Positions 1-8,898 of a stretch of DNA of 20,000 nucleotides are shown one piece after another; positions within the stretch are counted from its first letter, which is position 1, and every line of letters starts with the position of its first letter. Source of the DNA: an uncultured virus (IMG/VR IMGVR_UViG_3300028394_000068). Its lineage: Duplodnaviria > Heunggongvirae > Uroviricota > Caudoviricetes. Location of the stretch: IMG/VR virus record IMGVR_UViG_3300028394_000068; one strand, given 5' to 3'. A model generated the notes under the pieces. The model saw nothing but the letters and a program-made list of their open reading frames with translations. It made no database searches and was not told where the DNA came from. The translations under genes were made by a program, and so were the position numbers.

Positions 1-2
1 AC

Positions 3-1220
3 GGAGATAGTATTTATTTTAATAATAGGTTAATAATTGGAGAAACATACGAAATTACAGATTATCAAGATTACGATGATTTTAGTAATGTTGCGGATGT
101 CCAAAGTGGAGCAGGAACTCTTTTAGATTTTGATTATGTTTGGACCTCATCAGCGGTACCTTATTCGTATTTTAATAATCTTACAGGAACAACAAGTGGT
201 TCGGGTAGTGGAGCCTCTTTTTATGCTTATTGGTGTGGAGCAACAAATAATCACGTTTATATTGTAACTAGTGGAGATGGTTACGCAGTAGGTGACACAA
301 TAACAATATTAGGAACTGAACTTAGTGGTAGTACTCCCGCAAATGATATGATAATTACAGTTACTGAAGTTAATCCTAACGTAACAGGTTGTGTCTTCAT
401 TGCAACAGGAGACACTCCAATAGTTTGGGGTAACTCTATATTAACATCTGTTGGTGATTTAGTTGTTGATGTTTTAGAAAATACTCTTGGTGATGAGTTA
501 GTATGGCTTTATGACCCATTATTTCAAGAAGGTTTGTATCTAGTATCTTTTAGTGAGTATATTAACAACAATAATGTATGTTATATTTTTCCAAGAAATA
601 AAACTCAAATAACTACCCCAACATTTATCGCTCCTTTTAATTATGATTTTTTTTCCCCACCACAATTTAACTTAATTGTATCATCACAGATTGGTTCCTT
701 TTTGGGGGCAATAGAGGATAACATATTTTTATCCGTATATGATTTTGGAATTTCCAGTTTTACGGGTAATTCCTTATACTATACACCTATTGAAATTAAA
801 CTTAATTCTATTATTACACAGGAAGATACACCATTAACTTCAATTAATTGGTCAACGTATAGTGGAGATTCCGATTTTGACACTTACGATATTGTATTCC
901 CACCAATTCTAAATGTGAGTAGACTTACAACAAGTGACTGTGGTTTTGCAACCGCACACGTTCACTATGATTACGAATATTCTGACCTCTCAATAGATTT
1001 ATATGACGACTCAATTGATAATTGGGTTACAGTTTGGTCATATACATTAAATAATCCAAATTATGATGGTGATGATAGTCCCGACTTGTACTTCCCAGGT
1101 AATATTGATGTGACATTTGCAAACATTACATCAGTAAGTGGTATTAGAATGTATTCAGACCCTGGACAAGGCCAAACCTATCACGACTTTGATGGGTTAA
1201 CATTCAATTTTTTTAATTGA
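3..1220 (+). CDS. Putative virion structural / tail-fibre-like protein, 5' truncated by the window
   Basis: The frame of ORF 348..1220 stays open back to position 3 (GDSIYFNNRLIIGETYEITDYQDYDDFSNVA...SGDGYAVGDTITILGTELSGSTPANDMIITVTEV), so ATG 348 is internal. The GxGYxVGDTITI...TPAND motif and S/T/G/N-rich composition resemble phage structural proteins. Confidence 0.55.
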   Translation, partial: GDSIYFNNRLIIGETYEITDYQDYDDFSNVADVQSGAGTLLDFDYVWTSSAVPYSYFNNLTGTTSGSGSGASFYAYWCGATNNHVYIVTSGDGYAVGDTITILGTELSGSTPANDMIITVTEVNPNVTGCVFIATGDTPIVWGNSILTSVGDLVVDVLENTLGDELVWLYDPLFQEGLYLVSFSEYINNNNVCYIFPRNKTQITTPTFIAPFNYDFFSPPQFNLIVSSQIGSFLGAIEDNIFLSVYDFGISSFTGNSLYYTPIEIKLNSIITQEDTPLTSINWSTYSGDSDFDTYDIVFPPILNVSRLTTSDCGFATAHVHYDYEYSDLSIDLYDDSIDNWVTVWSYTLNNPNYDGDDSPDLYFPGNIDVTFANITSVSGIRMYSDPGQGQTYHDFDGLTFNFFN

Positions 1221-1252
1221 TTAAATATAATATTATATAAAAAAATAACAAT

Positions 1253-1492
1253 ATGATAAAGTTAATACAAAGAACAACAGATAACAAATACCTTAAATCG
1301 GTTGAAACTGAAACTTGGGTTGATAACGTTAAAGAAGCATTTGAAATGACTCATAGAGAATGTGAGGCAGCTAAAACCGCATTAGATGGTGTTTTTCTTC
1401 CTGAACAATTAAAAGTAATTGTTGATATGAGAAAATATAAACCAATTACTAAAGAAGAAAGAGAAGAGTTAATAACTTTATTAAAAAAATAA
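1253..1492 (+). CDS. Hypothetical protein (79 aa)
   Basis: ATG after an A-rich leader, tightly packed with neighbours. No motif recognised. Confidence 0.7.
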   Translation: MIKLIQRTTDNKYLKSVETETWVDNVKEAFEMTHRECEAAKTALDGVFLPEQLKVIVDMRKYKPITKEEREELITLLKK

Positions 1493-1497
1493 ATAAT

Positions 1498-1746
1498 ATG
1501 AGAATAAATATTTTAACAGAAAACGATAAGGTAGAACAAGTTAGAGAAGCTTGGGTAAATAAAAATGTTATGAAAATACCTTGTTCATCAACAGGAGAAG
1601 AACCTGCAACTCATTGGTTTTGCACAATGGCGGGATCTGAGGAAAAAATGAATTCTATTTACGCTAAGAAAAACTTATCTATTATGGAATTAGAAATTGG
1701 CCCAAAAGAATTTCTTAATAAATGGAATCTGAAAATCATAAAATAA
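1498..1746 (+). CDS. Hypothetical protein (82 aa)
   Basis: Starts 5 nt after the previous stop and overlaps the next ORF. No motif recognised. Confidence 0.7.
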   Translation: MRINILTENDKVEQVREAWVNKNVMKIPCSSTGEEPATHWFCTMAGSEEKMNSIYAKKNLSIMELEIGPKEFLNKWNLKIIK

Positions 1747-2354
1747 TAAAAAATTTCATCAGTGATGATGAGGTCAAACTAATTGTTGATTGGGTTGATT
1801 CGTTAAATCCTGAAGATGGAGATCCAAATTACCACTTAAGTGAAATCTCAAAAACACTGAAGGGAAAATCTTGTATTATAGACATCTCAAATACCGAACT
1901 TACAAACTACATTACAAATTTTCAATCAGTTTCTAAAGTTTTACAACAAGAAGTTCCCCAAATTATCAAAACTATTTTTAAAAGGATATCTGAAAAGAAC
2001 AACCTACCCCTTGATAACATCTTTATCCAAGCGGTTGATATGAAAAAAGGTGGTAGAGTACAACCCCACTATGACGCATCAATTAATGGTTACATAAACT
2101 ATAAGTGTAACATAAGTGTGTTATCTGAAGATTACAAAATTTTTATAGGTGATTCTTCACCTGTAATAGAACAAAAAGACCTATACTGTTTTGAGGCTTC
2201 TCTATATAAACATTGGACAGAAGAATTTAACTCAAGAAGGGTGTTTTTAAGTTTTGGTTTTATAGTTCCATATAGTGTGGTTGGAAGAACGGAAAGTGAT
2301 CCAAGAGTTAGATTAAGTCAACGAATATCAAAATATTTTCAAAAACTTAGTTGA
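1722..2354 (+). CDS. 2OG-Fe(II) oxygenase superfamily protein
   Basis: N-terminal IIKNFISDDE, HxD (PHYDA), distal His (YKHWT) and 2OG-binding Arg (SRRVFLSFGF), in double-stranded beta-helix order. Confidence 0.8.
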   Translation: MESENHKIIKNFISDDEVKLIVDWVDSLNPEDGDPNYHLSEISKTLKGKSCIIDISNTELTNYITNFQSVSKVLQQEVPQIIKTIFKRISEKNNLPLDNIFIQAVDMKKGGRVQPHYDASINGYINYKCNISVLSEDYKIFIGDSSPVIEQKDLYCFEASLYKHWTEEFNSRRVFLSFGFIVPYSVVGRTESDPRVRLSQRISKYFQKLS

Positions 2355-2387
2355 TATAAAACAAAACAAAAACTATATTTATTTACG

Positions 2388-2413
2388 AAGGTAAATGCCG
2401 ACCTTATTCGGCA
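2388..2413 (+). promoter_or_regulatory. GC-rich hairpin / possible H-type pseudoknot in the polB 5' leader
   Basis: TGCCGA(2396-2401)/TCGGCA(2408-2413) stem with a CCTTAT loop. AAGGT(2388-2392) is complementary to ACCTT(2401-2405). Ends 26 nt before the ATG. Confidence 0.5.
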
Positions 2414-2439
2414 GCTAATACACCAAAAGTAAAAAATAT

Positions 2440-5223
2440 ATGATATCACAAGAAGAAATTAAAAGTTTCCTTGAGGGCAACGACCCTGAGGAACATATCG
2501 TAGCAATAGAATACGACTACCAATCAGACCACATTTTTAAAATAAAAGAAGTTCCCGGTAAAGGAAAATCAATTAACAGAGACACATTTATTGCCTTTGC
2601 TTGGGTTGGAGACCTACATGGACTTAATTTTTATTCTGGATCTAAAGAACAACAGAAAGAAGCAATGACCAAATATGGTATTATAATTGATAAATTAAGG
2701 ACCGACGGTAATGAAAGATTAGAGAATGGTTTAACATTTCTTGTTAAATCTCTAAAGGGATACAGAACCCTTATTCAGTTCTTCCGTGATGGAGGAATTG
2801 ATCCATGGGGTGAAAACGCAAAAGATAGAATAATGTTATTGTCACCTGTAGAACAATACTTGGTTTCAAAGGAAAAACGATTATTTAAAGGATTTGACGA
2901 ATATAACGACATTACTAGACTTGTATTTGACCTTGAAACGACCTCACTTGAACCAAAGGACGGTCGTATCTTTATGATTGGGATCAAAACAAACAAGGGG
3001 TTTATGAAAGTAATTGAATGTAAAGACTCTGATGAAGAGAGAAGAGGTCTTGTTGAGTTTTTTAGAACCATAGATGAGATTAAACCGTCAATTATTTCTG
3101 GATACAACTCAGCAAACTTTGACTGGTTTTGGATATTTGAGAGATGTAAGGCCCTTAATTTGGACATTAAAAAGATTGCAACACCAATGATTTCAAATAA
3201 AACAATCTCACAAAGGGAATCTATGTTAAAGTTAGCAAACGAAGTTGAGATGTTTAACCAAGTTAAAATGTGGGGTTACAACGTAATTGATATAATTCAC
3301 TCCGTTCGCAGAGCTCAGGCAATTAACTCAAACATTAAAGAGGCAGGTCTAAAGTATATTACAAAATTTATTGAAGCCGAATCTGCCGATCGTATATATA
3401 TTGACCACACTAAAATTGGATCAATGTATGCAGAAAAAGAGGATTATTGGTTAAATACCCAAAATGGTAATTATAAGAAAGTTGGGTCAGACCAAAAAAT
3501 TGATGAGATATGTGTAAGACGAGGAGACATTTACATTAAAACAACTGGTGATAATATCGTTGAGCAATATCTTGAGGATGACCTTGACGAAACTCTATTG
3601 GTGGATGATGAATTCAATCAAGCAACATTTCTATTGGCATCATTAGTTCCAACAACATATGAAAGAGCATCAACAATGGGGACAGCAACTCTTTGGAAAA
3701 TGGTAATGTTGGCTTGGTCATATAAACATGGATTGGCAATACCACAGAAAAAAGAAAAAAGAAACTTTGTTGGTGGATTATCTAGATTATTAAAAGTAGG
3801 GTATTCTAAGAACGTATTAAAGCTCGATTACTCCTCACTATACCCATCCATTCAGTTAGTTCACGACGTGTTCCCTGAGTGTGATATAACGGGGTCAATG
3901 AAGGGGTTTTTAACTTACTTCCGGAATTCTCGTATTATGTATAAGAATTTATCTGCAGAATATAAGACAATTGATAAGAAGAAATCGACCTCATATGATC
4001 GTAAACAATTGCCAATTAAGATTTTTATTAACGCATTCTTCGGATCATTATCGGCACCACATGTATTTCCGTGGGGTGACATTGACATGGGTGAACAAAT
4101 AACATGCACGGGTAGACAATACTTAAGACAAATGTTAAAGTTCTTTAGTAAAAAGGGGTATAGTCCTTTGGTATGTGATACAGATGGTATGAACTTCTCA
4201 TTACCTGATGGTGGTGTTGATGATAGAACATATGTTGGAAAAGGAAAAAATTGGTTAGTTAAAGAAGGTAAAGAATATAACGGGTATGATGCTGATGTTG
4301 CCGAGTTTAATGATTTATTTATGAAAGGTGAGATGGGTCTTGATTGTGACGGAACTTGGGATTCTTGTATTAACTTGGCTCGTAAGAATTACGCAACAAT
4401 GGAACACAACGGTAAAGTTAAATTAACGGGTAATAGTATTAAGTCCAAAAAAATGCCAAAATACATTGAGAAGTTTTTGGATAAGGGAGTTAAACAATTA
4501 CTTAGAGGTGAGGGAAAAGAATTTATTGATTGGTATTATGAATACATTCAAAAGATATTTGACCTAAGAGTTCCTTTGGCAGAGATTGCATCAAAAGCAA
4601 GAGTTAAAATAAGTGTTGAGGATTACATTAAACGTAGTAAACAAACAACAAAGTCGGGTAGTTTAATGTCAAGACAAGCACATATGGAACTTATTATTAG
4701 AGATGGGATACAATCTAATCTTGGTGATGTAATCTTATATGTGAACAATGGAAATAAGGCGTCTCATGGTGATGTCCAAAAAATAAATGAAAAAATGCCA
4801 AAAAAAGAAATGGATTTATTTTTTGAGATTAATGGTAGTAAACCTATTTTGGGGTCTCACGTCCAATTAAATTGTTATCGTATTGAACCATCTGATTTAG
4901 AAAATAATCCTGAAATGTTAGGAGAATACAACATTCAACGAGCAATTGCAACATTTAATAAACGAGTAGAACCATTGTTAATAGTATTTGACGATGAGGT
5001 TAGAGATACATTATTGGTTAAAAATCCAGAGGATAGAAGTTTTTATACTTCAGGTCAATGTAAGTTAATTAATGGCAAACCATTCAGTCCTGAAGATCAA
5101 GATGATGTTTATGAGAACTTAATCAAAATGGAACAAGGTGAAGTTGATTTTTGGGATTCTGTTGGTGTTGATCCTAATTACATTTATGAATTAGCTGAGA
5201 CAGGTTGGGAAGAATTTATTTAA
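2440..5223 (+). CDS. polB: Family B DNA polymerase with 3'-5' exonuclease
   Basis: ExoI FDLETT, ExoII GYNSANFDW, ExoIII YLEDD. Polymerase motifs LDYSSLYPSI, KIFINAFFG, CDTDG and ARKNYA. Confidence 0.95.
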   Translation: MISQEEIKSFLEGNDPEEHIVAIEYDYQSDHIFKIKEVPGKGKSINRDTFIAFAWVGDLHGLNFYSGSKEQQKEAMTKYGIIIDKLRTDGNERLENGLTFLVKSLKGYRTLIQFFRDGGIDPWGENAKDRIMLLSPVEQYLVSKEKRLFKGFDEYNDITRLVFDLETTSLEPKDGRIFMIGIKTNKGFMKVIECKDSDEERRGLVEFFRTIDEIKPSIISGYNSANFDWFWIFERCKALNLDIKKIATPMISNKTISQRESMLKLANEVEMFNQVKMWGYNVIDIIHSVRRAQAINSNIKEAGLKYITKFIEAESADRIYIDHTKIGSMYAEKEDYWLNTQNGNYKKVGSDQKIDEICVRRGDIYIKTTGDNIVEQYLEDDLDETLLVDDEFNQATFLLASLVPTTYERASTMGTATLWKMVMLAWSYKHGLAIPQKKEKRNFVGGLSRLLKVGYSKNVLKLDYSSLYPSIQLVHDVFPECDITGSMKGFLTYFRNSRIMYKNLSAEYKTIDKKKSTSYDRKQLPIKIFINAFFGSLSAPHVFPWGDIDMGEQITCTGRQYLRQMLKFFSKKGYSPLVCDTDGMNFSLPDGGVDDRTYVGKGKNWLVKEGKEYNGYDADVAEFNDLFMKGEMGLDCDGTWDSCINLARKNYATMEHNGKVKLTGNSIKSKKMPKYIEKFLDKGVKQLLRGEGKEFIDWYYEYIQKIFDLRVPLAEIASKARVKISVEDYIKRSKQTTKSGSLMSRQAHMELIIRDGIQSNLGDVILYVNNGNKASHGDVQKINEKMPKKEMDLFFEINGSKPILGSHVQLNCYRIEPSDLENNPEMLGEYNIQRAIATFNKRVEPLLIVFDDEVRDTLLVKNPEDRSFYTSGQCKLINGKPFSPEDQDDVYENLIKMEQGEVDFWDSVGVDPNYIYELAETGWEEFI

Positions 5224-5229
5224 CAGTTG

Positions 5230-5577
5230 TCAATCCATTTTAACTCCATCAGAGGAAAGCACATACCAAACACCATTGATGTTTTGTAATTCAACACAAG
5301 CACCACGACCAATAGAAATTTCATCCCAATCCTCATCTATTCTACCAATATCTGGTATTATAACACAATTGGTTAATGTTTTAATTTTAATTCTTTCTGT
5401 GGTTGTTGAGTCTAACTTTATTTTTGATTGTGTTACATCTCTAACAATTATTAGGTCTTCACCAAGTGTAGAATAAAAATCTTTATTAACGATTAATGTT
5501 TTAAAGTCATTTAAATTAACTGTTCTATTTGATTTAAAAACTGTTTTACGAATTGGGGTTTCTCTTATTATTGACAT
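5230..5577 (-). CDS. Hypothetical protein (115 aa), possibly virion-associated
   Basis: Starts 4 nt after the stop of the neck gene on the same strand. Beta-rich C-terminus (GACVELQNINGVWYVLSSDG). Confidence 0.6.
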   Translation of the reverse strand: MSIIRETPIRKTVFKSNRTVNLNDFKTLIVNKDFYSTLGEDLIIVRDVTQSKIKLDSTTTERIKIKTLTNCVIIPDIGRIDEDWDEISIGRGACVELQNINGVWYVLSSDGVKMD

Positions 5578-5581
5578 AAAA

Positions 5582-6712
5582 TTAAATTACATATATTTGA
5601 CGAGGCATTGCTCTGAACTTAAGTTGTTTGTTAAGGTTTTCAGCAAGTAACGCCTCTCGTTCCATGATTTTTTCAGGACGAAGTCTTGTTAATCTGCCTT
5701 CAGCTCCAATAAGTTCGTCTATTAGTTTTGTTTTTTCATCTTTACCTTCTGTTGCCAATGTTGCATATTCCATAGTTAATTCACCGTCAGGGGTTTTTAA
5801 ACTACCACTAAATTTACCTCTAACTTTTGATAAAGTTTCTTTACAATATGCGGTAAAATATCTTCTAACCCAAACTTGAGCCGGATTATTTAACTTATAC
5901 CAACTTAATTTATCAAATGGAACATCAGATGGTAATAATACTATATCAGGATTATCAGTTAAGCATTTGTCCCTATCACCCTGATTAGTATCATAATACC
6001 AATACCAAACTTGTCCTTTAGATAGACTTGAATTACCAAAATCAAATCTACCTCCTGGCGTATTTAACAGGTGTAACGCTTTTTTACCACCAGGTAATGC
6101 TGTAATATAATAAGTTAAGTCCCCAACAAGCATTCTTCTTTGAATATTAATTTCTTGCATTCTTAATAACATATCAAACGCTGGAGTTAAAAAATAACCA
6201 CCCCCCATTGAATTTCCCATTTGAGCAAGACCTCCTCCTCCTCCAAGTCCGGTTCCATCTCCAAAACCCCCAAAACCACCAACACCAAACATCACGCTAT
6301 TAAGAGTTGCTGGCGTAAACCACAACACTTCATTAATTTCACGACCTGCGGGTATTTCATATATTTGTTGATTAGCAACTAACTGAACATAATCTTTTTT
6401 AATTTCCCAATCTCCACCGGCTTGTAATCCAACAATTTTAGAATACGCATAAGTGTATCGAGTTTCAAAGTCTAAACTTTTTGTTACAAAGGCTCTAGAT
6501 AATGACTGTGTGTCTAAATTTAAATTATAAAGTGATGTCCATTGAGACTCAATTAACCAATCCTGCACATATTGTGAGTAATCCTCAATTGAAAACTCTA
6601 AAAGAGTATCCATCATTTCATCTTCCAGTTCTACGGATCTTAATGGTGCTCCAAGTAAATGTCTTACTTTTTGATAAAACTGACTTCTTTCTGGTTCATT
6701 AATAATTGACAT
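5582..6712 (-). CDS. Neck / head-tail adaptor protein, T4 gp13-like
   Basis: N-terminal LLGAPLRSVELEDEMM resembles gp13 LGAPxxxVE. C-terminal WVRRYFTAYCKETLSKVRGKFSG...PDGELTM matches the gp13-like WVxxYxxAxxKxxxGxxxxKF pattern. Confidence 0.75.
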   Translation of the reverse strand: MSIINEPERSQFYQKVRHLLGAPLRSVELEDEMMDTLLEFSIEDYSQYVQDWLIESQWTSLYNLNLDTQSLSRAFVTKSLDFETRYTYAYSKIVGLQAGGDWEIKKDYVQLVANQQIYEIPAGREINEVLWFTPATLNSVMFGVGGFGGFGDGTGLGGGGGLAQMGNSMGGGYFLTPAFDMLLRMQEINIQRRMLVGDLTYYITALPGGKKALHLLNTPGGRFDFGNSSLSKGQVWYWYYDTNQGDRDKCLTDNPDIVLLPSDVPFDKLSWYKLNNPAQVWVRRYFTAYCKETLSKVRGKFSGSLKTPDGELTMEYATLATEGKDEKTKLIDELIGAEGRLTRLRPEKIMEREALLAENLNKQLKFRAMPRQIYVI

Positions 6713-6738
6713 AGTTTTTATTTATAAATATCAAAAAA

Positions 6739-8883
6739 TTAAAAAGAAATTTTTATAAGTTCATTTTTATATTGTTCTAATAAACCTTCAATATCAACAG
6801 ATCCTCCAAGTTCTTTTACTTTTTGAGATAACATTTTAATTTTATCTGTCAAATATTTAATTTCTTCTTGGTTGTTTCTTAAAAGTTTTGGTTTCAATTG
6901 TATATTATTTATTTTTTCTTCAGTATCAAATGTTGTATTTGTTTTAATTGGTTCTTCATAATAAAAAATTAGATATTTGGGTAGTTTTTTATTATATGAG
7001 TTTGGATTTGATGTTGTGATAATTTTGGAATAATCATTTCTAAACATTATGTATTGGTTGTTTGGTTCATTAACATACATAATAACATCAACCTTATCTT
7101 GTTTATATTTGTTTTGTGAATTATAGGAAGGAACTTTATAATAATTTCCTCTTTCATCCGTAAGTTTTTTAATATCTTTAAAGTTTAACATTGGTTTAAC
7201 TTGAAAAAAATAAGAGGTTTCGTTAATTATCACATCTAAGTCTTGCCCATATTTTCTATCTCTTATGTCTCCAGCACATCTGTCGATAATAGTCCAAGTC
7301 ATTCCTTCTTCTTCTGAATTTAAACTAAACGACTCTTTTATTTTTTCTTTAGCATAATTTTCATTTATTCTACCTTTTTCAATAGTTCCTTTGTTTATGT
7401 TTACCAATCTATCGGTCCAAACTCCATTATTTGAAAATAGATTCTTTTTATTACTTATGACCCATTTAGATAACGATACATTACTACCACTTTCATTGTA
7501 AATTTTATTTATTTCATTATGAACTAATGAATTAGTGTCAAACCTATTTACAATTGACCAGTTTCCAATACCCCCATAATTACCTTCAGTGTACTTACCA
7601 CCAATAACGCCTTGACTAGTTGTACATTTGTCGTCTTGTATTTTACCAATACACCCGTTTGGATTTTTTCTGTTAGTACAGTTTGAATAGTTGCTCAAAA
7701 CTATTTTTAATAAATCATTTGATTTTATCCCTAATTGTGTTTGATTATTGTATTCTTTTAATAAAAATTTTTCTGAGATATTTTCTTTAATATTTTTCTT
7801 TTTTGTTTTTAATTCATAAAGGTCATTAACAAATTCCCAATTAACAACATTCCAAAAGTTATTTATATACTCATCTCGTTTGTTTTGATATTTTAAATAA
7901 TATGCGTGTTCCCAAACATCAAGACCTAAAATTGGAAACCCACCTTTTTTAACAACATTCATTAGTGGATTATCTTGATTTGGTAACGACATTATTTTTA
8001 AATTACCATCTTTTGTTAGGTATAACCATGCCCATCCAGATCCAAAACGATCTTTAGCGACTTGATTAAACTCATCTTTCATTTTTTTTATATTTCCAAA
8101 ATCTTTCTTAATTTGTTTATATATTTCACCTGTCGGAACTTGTTTTTTTGGTGATAACATTTTCCAAAATAAAGCATGATTAAACGCCCCACCGGCATTG
8201 TTTCTTATTGTGTTATCATATTTACTTATAGATTTTATGATGTCTTCTAACTCCACATCACCTTTAATATTTTTAATTGCTTTATTCAACTTATCAACAT
8301 AACCTTTATAGTGTTTGTTGTAATGAACATCCATAGTTTTAGAATCAATAAACTTATTTAAAGAAGAATAGGTGTAAGGTAATTTTTCTATTCCAATTTT
8401 TTTCATCTCAACAATTAAATTTTCTTTAATTGTTTCTTTTTCGTTTAAAACTATTTGTTCGGATATAAGATTTAATTTATTTTTAATTGAGTTAGATTCA
8501 TACATTTTTTTTTCTAAGTCTGGATGTTTTTTTTCAAACATCTTAACAAGTCTGCCAGCAAAGGCATTTGCTTCGTCTTCATTTTTTCCACCAATGTTTG
8601 GTCCTTGTTTTCTACCCTCTACGGACATTTGATGTTCATGAACCCATTCATGAGCTAACGTTCTCATAATGTCCCTATTAAGTCTGTTATTTGCCAAGAT
8701 TTTTAACTCACCATTATCAGTTCTTGACCCCGTTGACATTTTGCCAATTTGTTTACCCAAAAACTTTACAGTGATTTCTTTTTTTAATGGATATTTTTCT
8801 TGTAATAATTTTATAAAATTATGTATAAGTTCTTTATCTTCTTTTTTAAACTTGGTATCTTCGTATGTTATTTTTAATTCCAT
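6739..8883 (-). CDS. Fusion protein: HEXXH metallopeptidase-like domain + Mn/Fe superoxide dismutase + putative PD-(D/E)XK nuclease-like domain
   Basis: aa78-82 HEWVH and aa101-106 NEDEAN. SOD at aa~164-357 with LPY, HYNKHY..Y, NNAGGAFNH, FGSGWAWL, NQDNPL and DVWEHAYY. C-terminal E508...GQD548...FQVK563. The SOD call is strong; the flanking domain calls are weaker. Confidence 0.8.
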   Translation of the reverse strand: MELKITYEDTKFKKEDKELIHNFIKLLQEKYPLKKEITVKFLGKQIGKMSTGSRTDNGELKILANNRLNRDIMRTLAHEWVHEHQMSVEGRKQGPNIGGKNEDEANAFAGRLVKMFEKKHPDLEKKMYESNSIKNKLNLISEQIVLNEKETIKENLIVEMKKIGIEKLPYTYSSLNKFIDSKTMDVHYNKHYKGYVDKLNKAIKNIKGDVELEDIIKSISKYDNTIRNNAGGAFNHALFWKMLSPKKQVPTGEIYKQIKKDFGNIKKMKDEFNQVAKDRFGSGWAWLYLTKDGNLKIMSLPNQDNPLMNVVKKGGFPILGLDVWEHAYYLKYQNKRDEYINNFWNVVNWEFVNDLYELKTKKKNIKENISEKFLLKEYNNQTQLGIKSNDLLKIVLSNYSNCTNRKNPNGCIGKIQDDKCTTSQGVIGGKYTEGNYGGIGNWSIVNRFDTNSLVHNEINKIYNESGSNVSLSKWVISNKKNLFSNNGVWTDRLVNINKGTIEKGRINENYAKEKIKESFSLNSEEEGMTWTIIDRCAGDIRDRKYGQDLDVIINETSYFFQVKPMLNFKDIKKLTDERGNYYKVPSYNSQNKYKQDKVDVIMYVNEPNNQYIMFRNDYSKIITTSNPNSYNKKLPKYLIFYYEEPIKTNTTFDTEEKINNIQLKPKLLRNNQEEIKYLTDKIKMLSQKVKELGGSVDIEGLLEQYKNELIKISF

Positions 8884-8898
8884 TAATTATAAATATCA

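Noticed and set aside
1225..1238. Palindrome ATATAATATTATAT upstream of ORF 1253
   Set aside because: All-AT and expected by chance at this composition, with no second copy noticed.
2388..2425. SAM-II/SAM-V riboswitch (H-type pseudoknot followed by GCAGCTAA)
   Set aside because: Loop 1 is only AAA and lacks the U-rich SAM-binding strand, and the downstream gene is unrelated to SAM metabolism.
2440..5223. Intein or intron in PolB
   Set aside because: 927 aa is a normal length, the motifs are in normal order, and no intein termini or LAGLIDADG motifs were seen.
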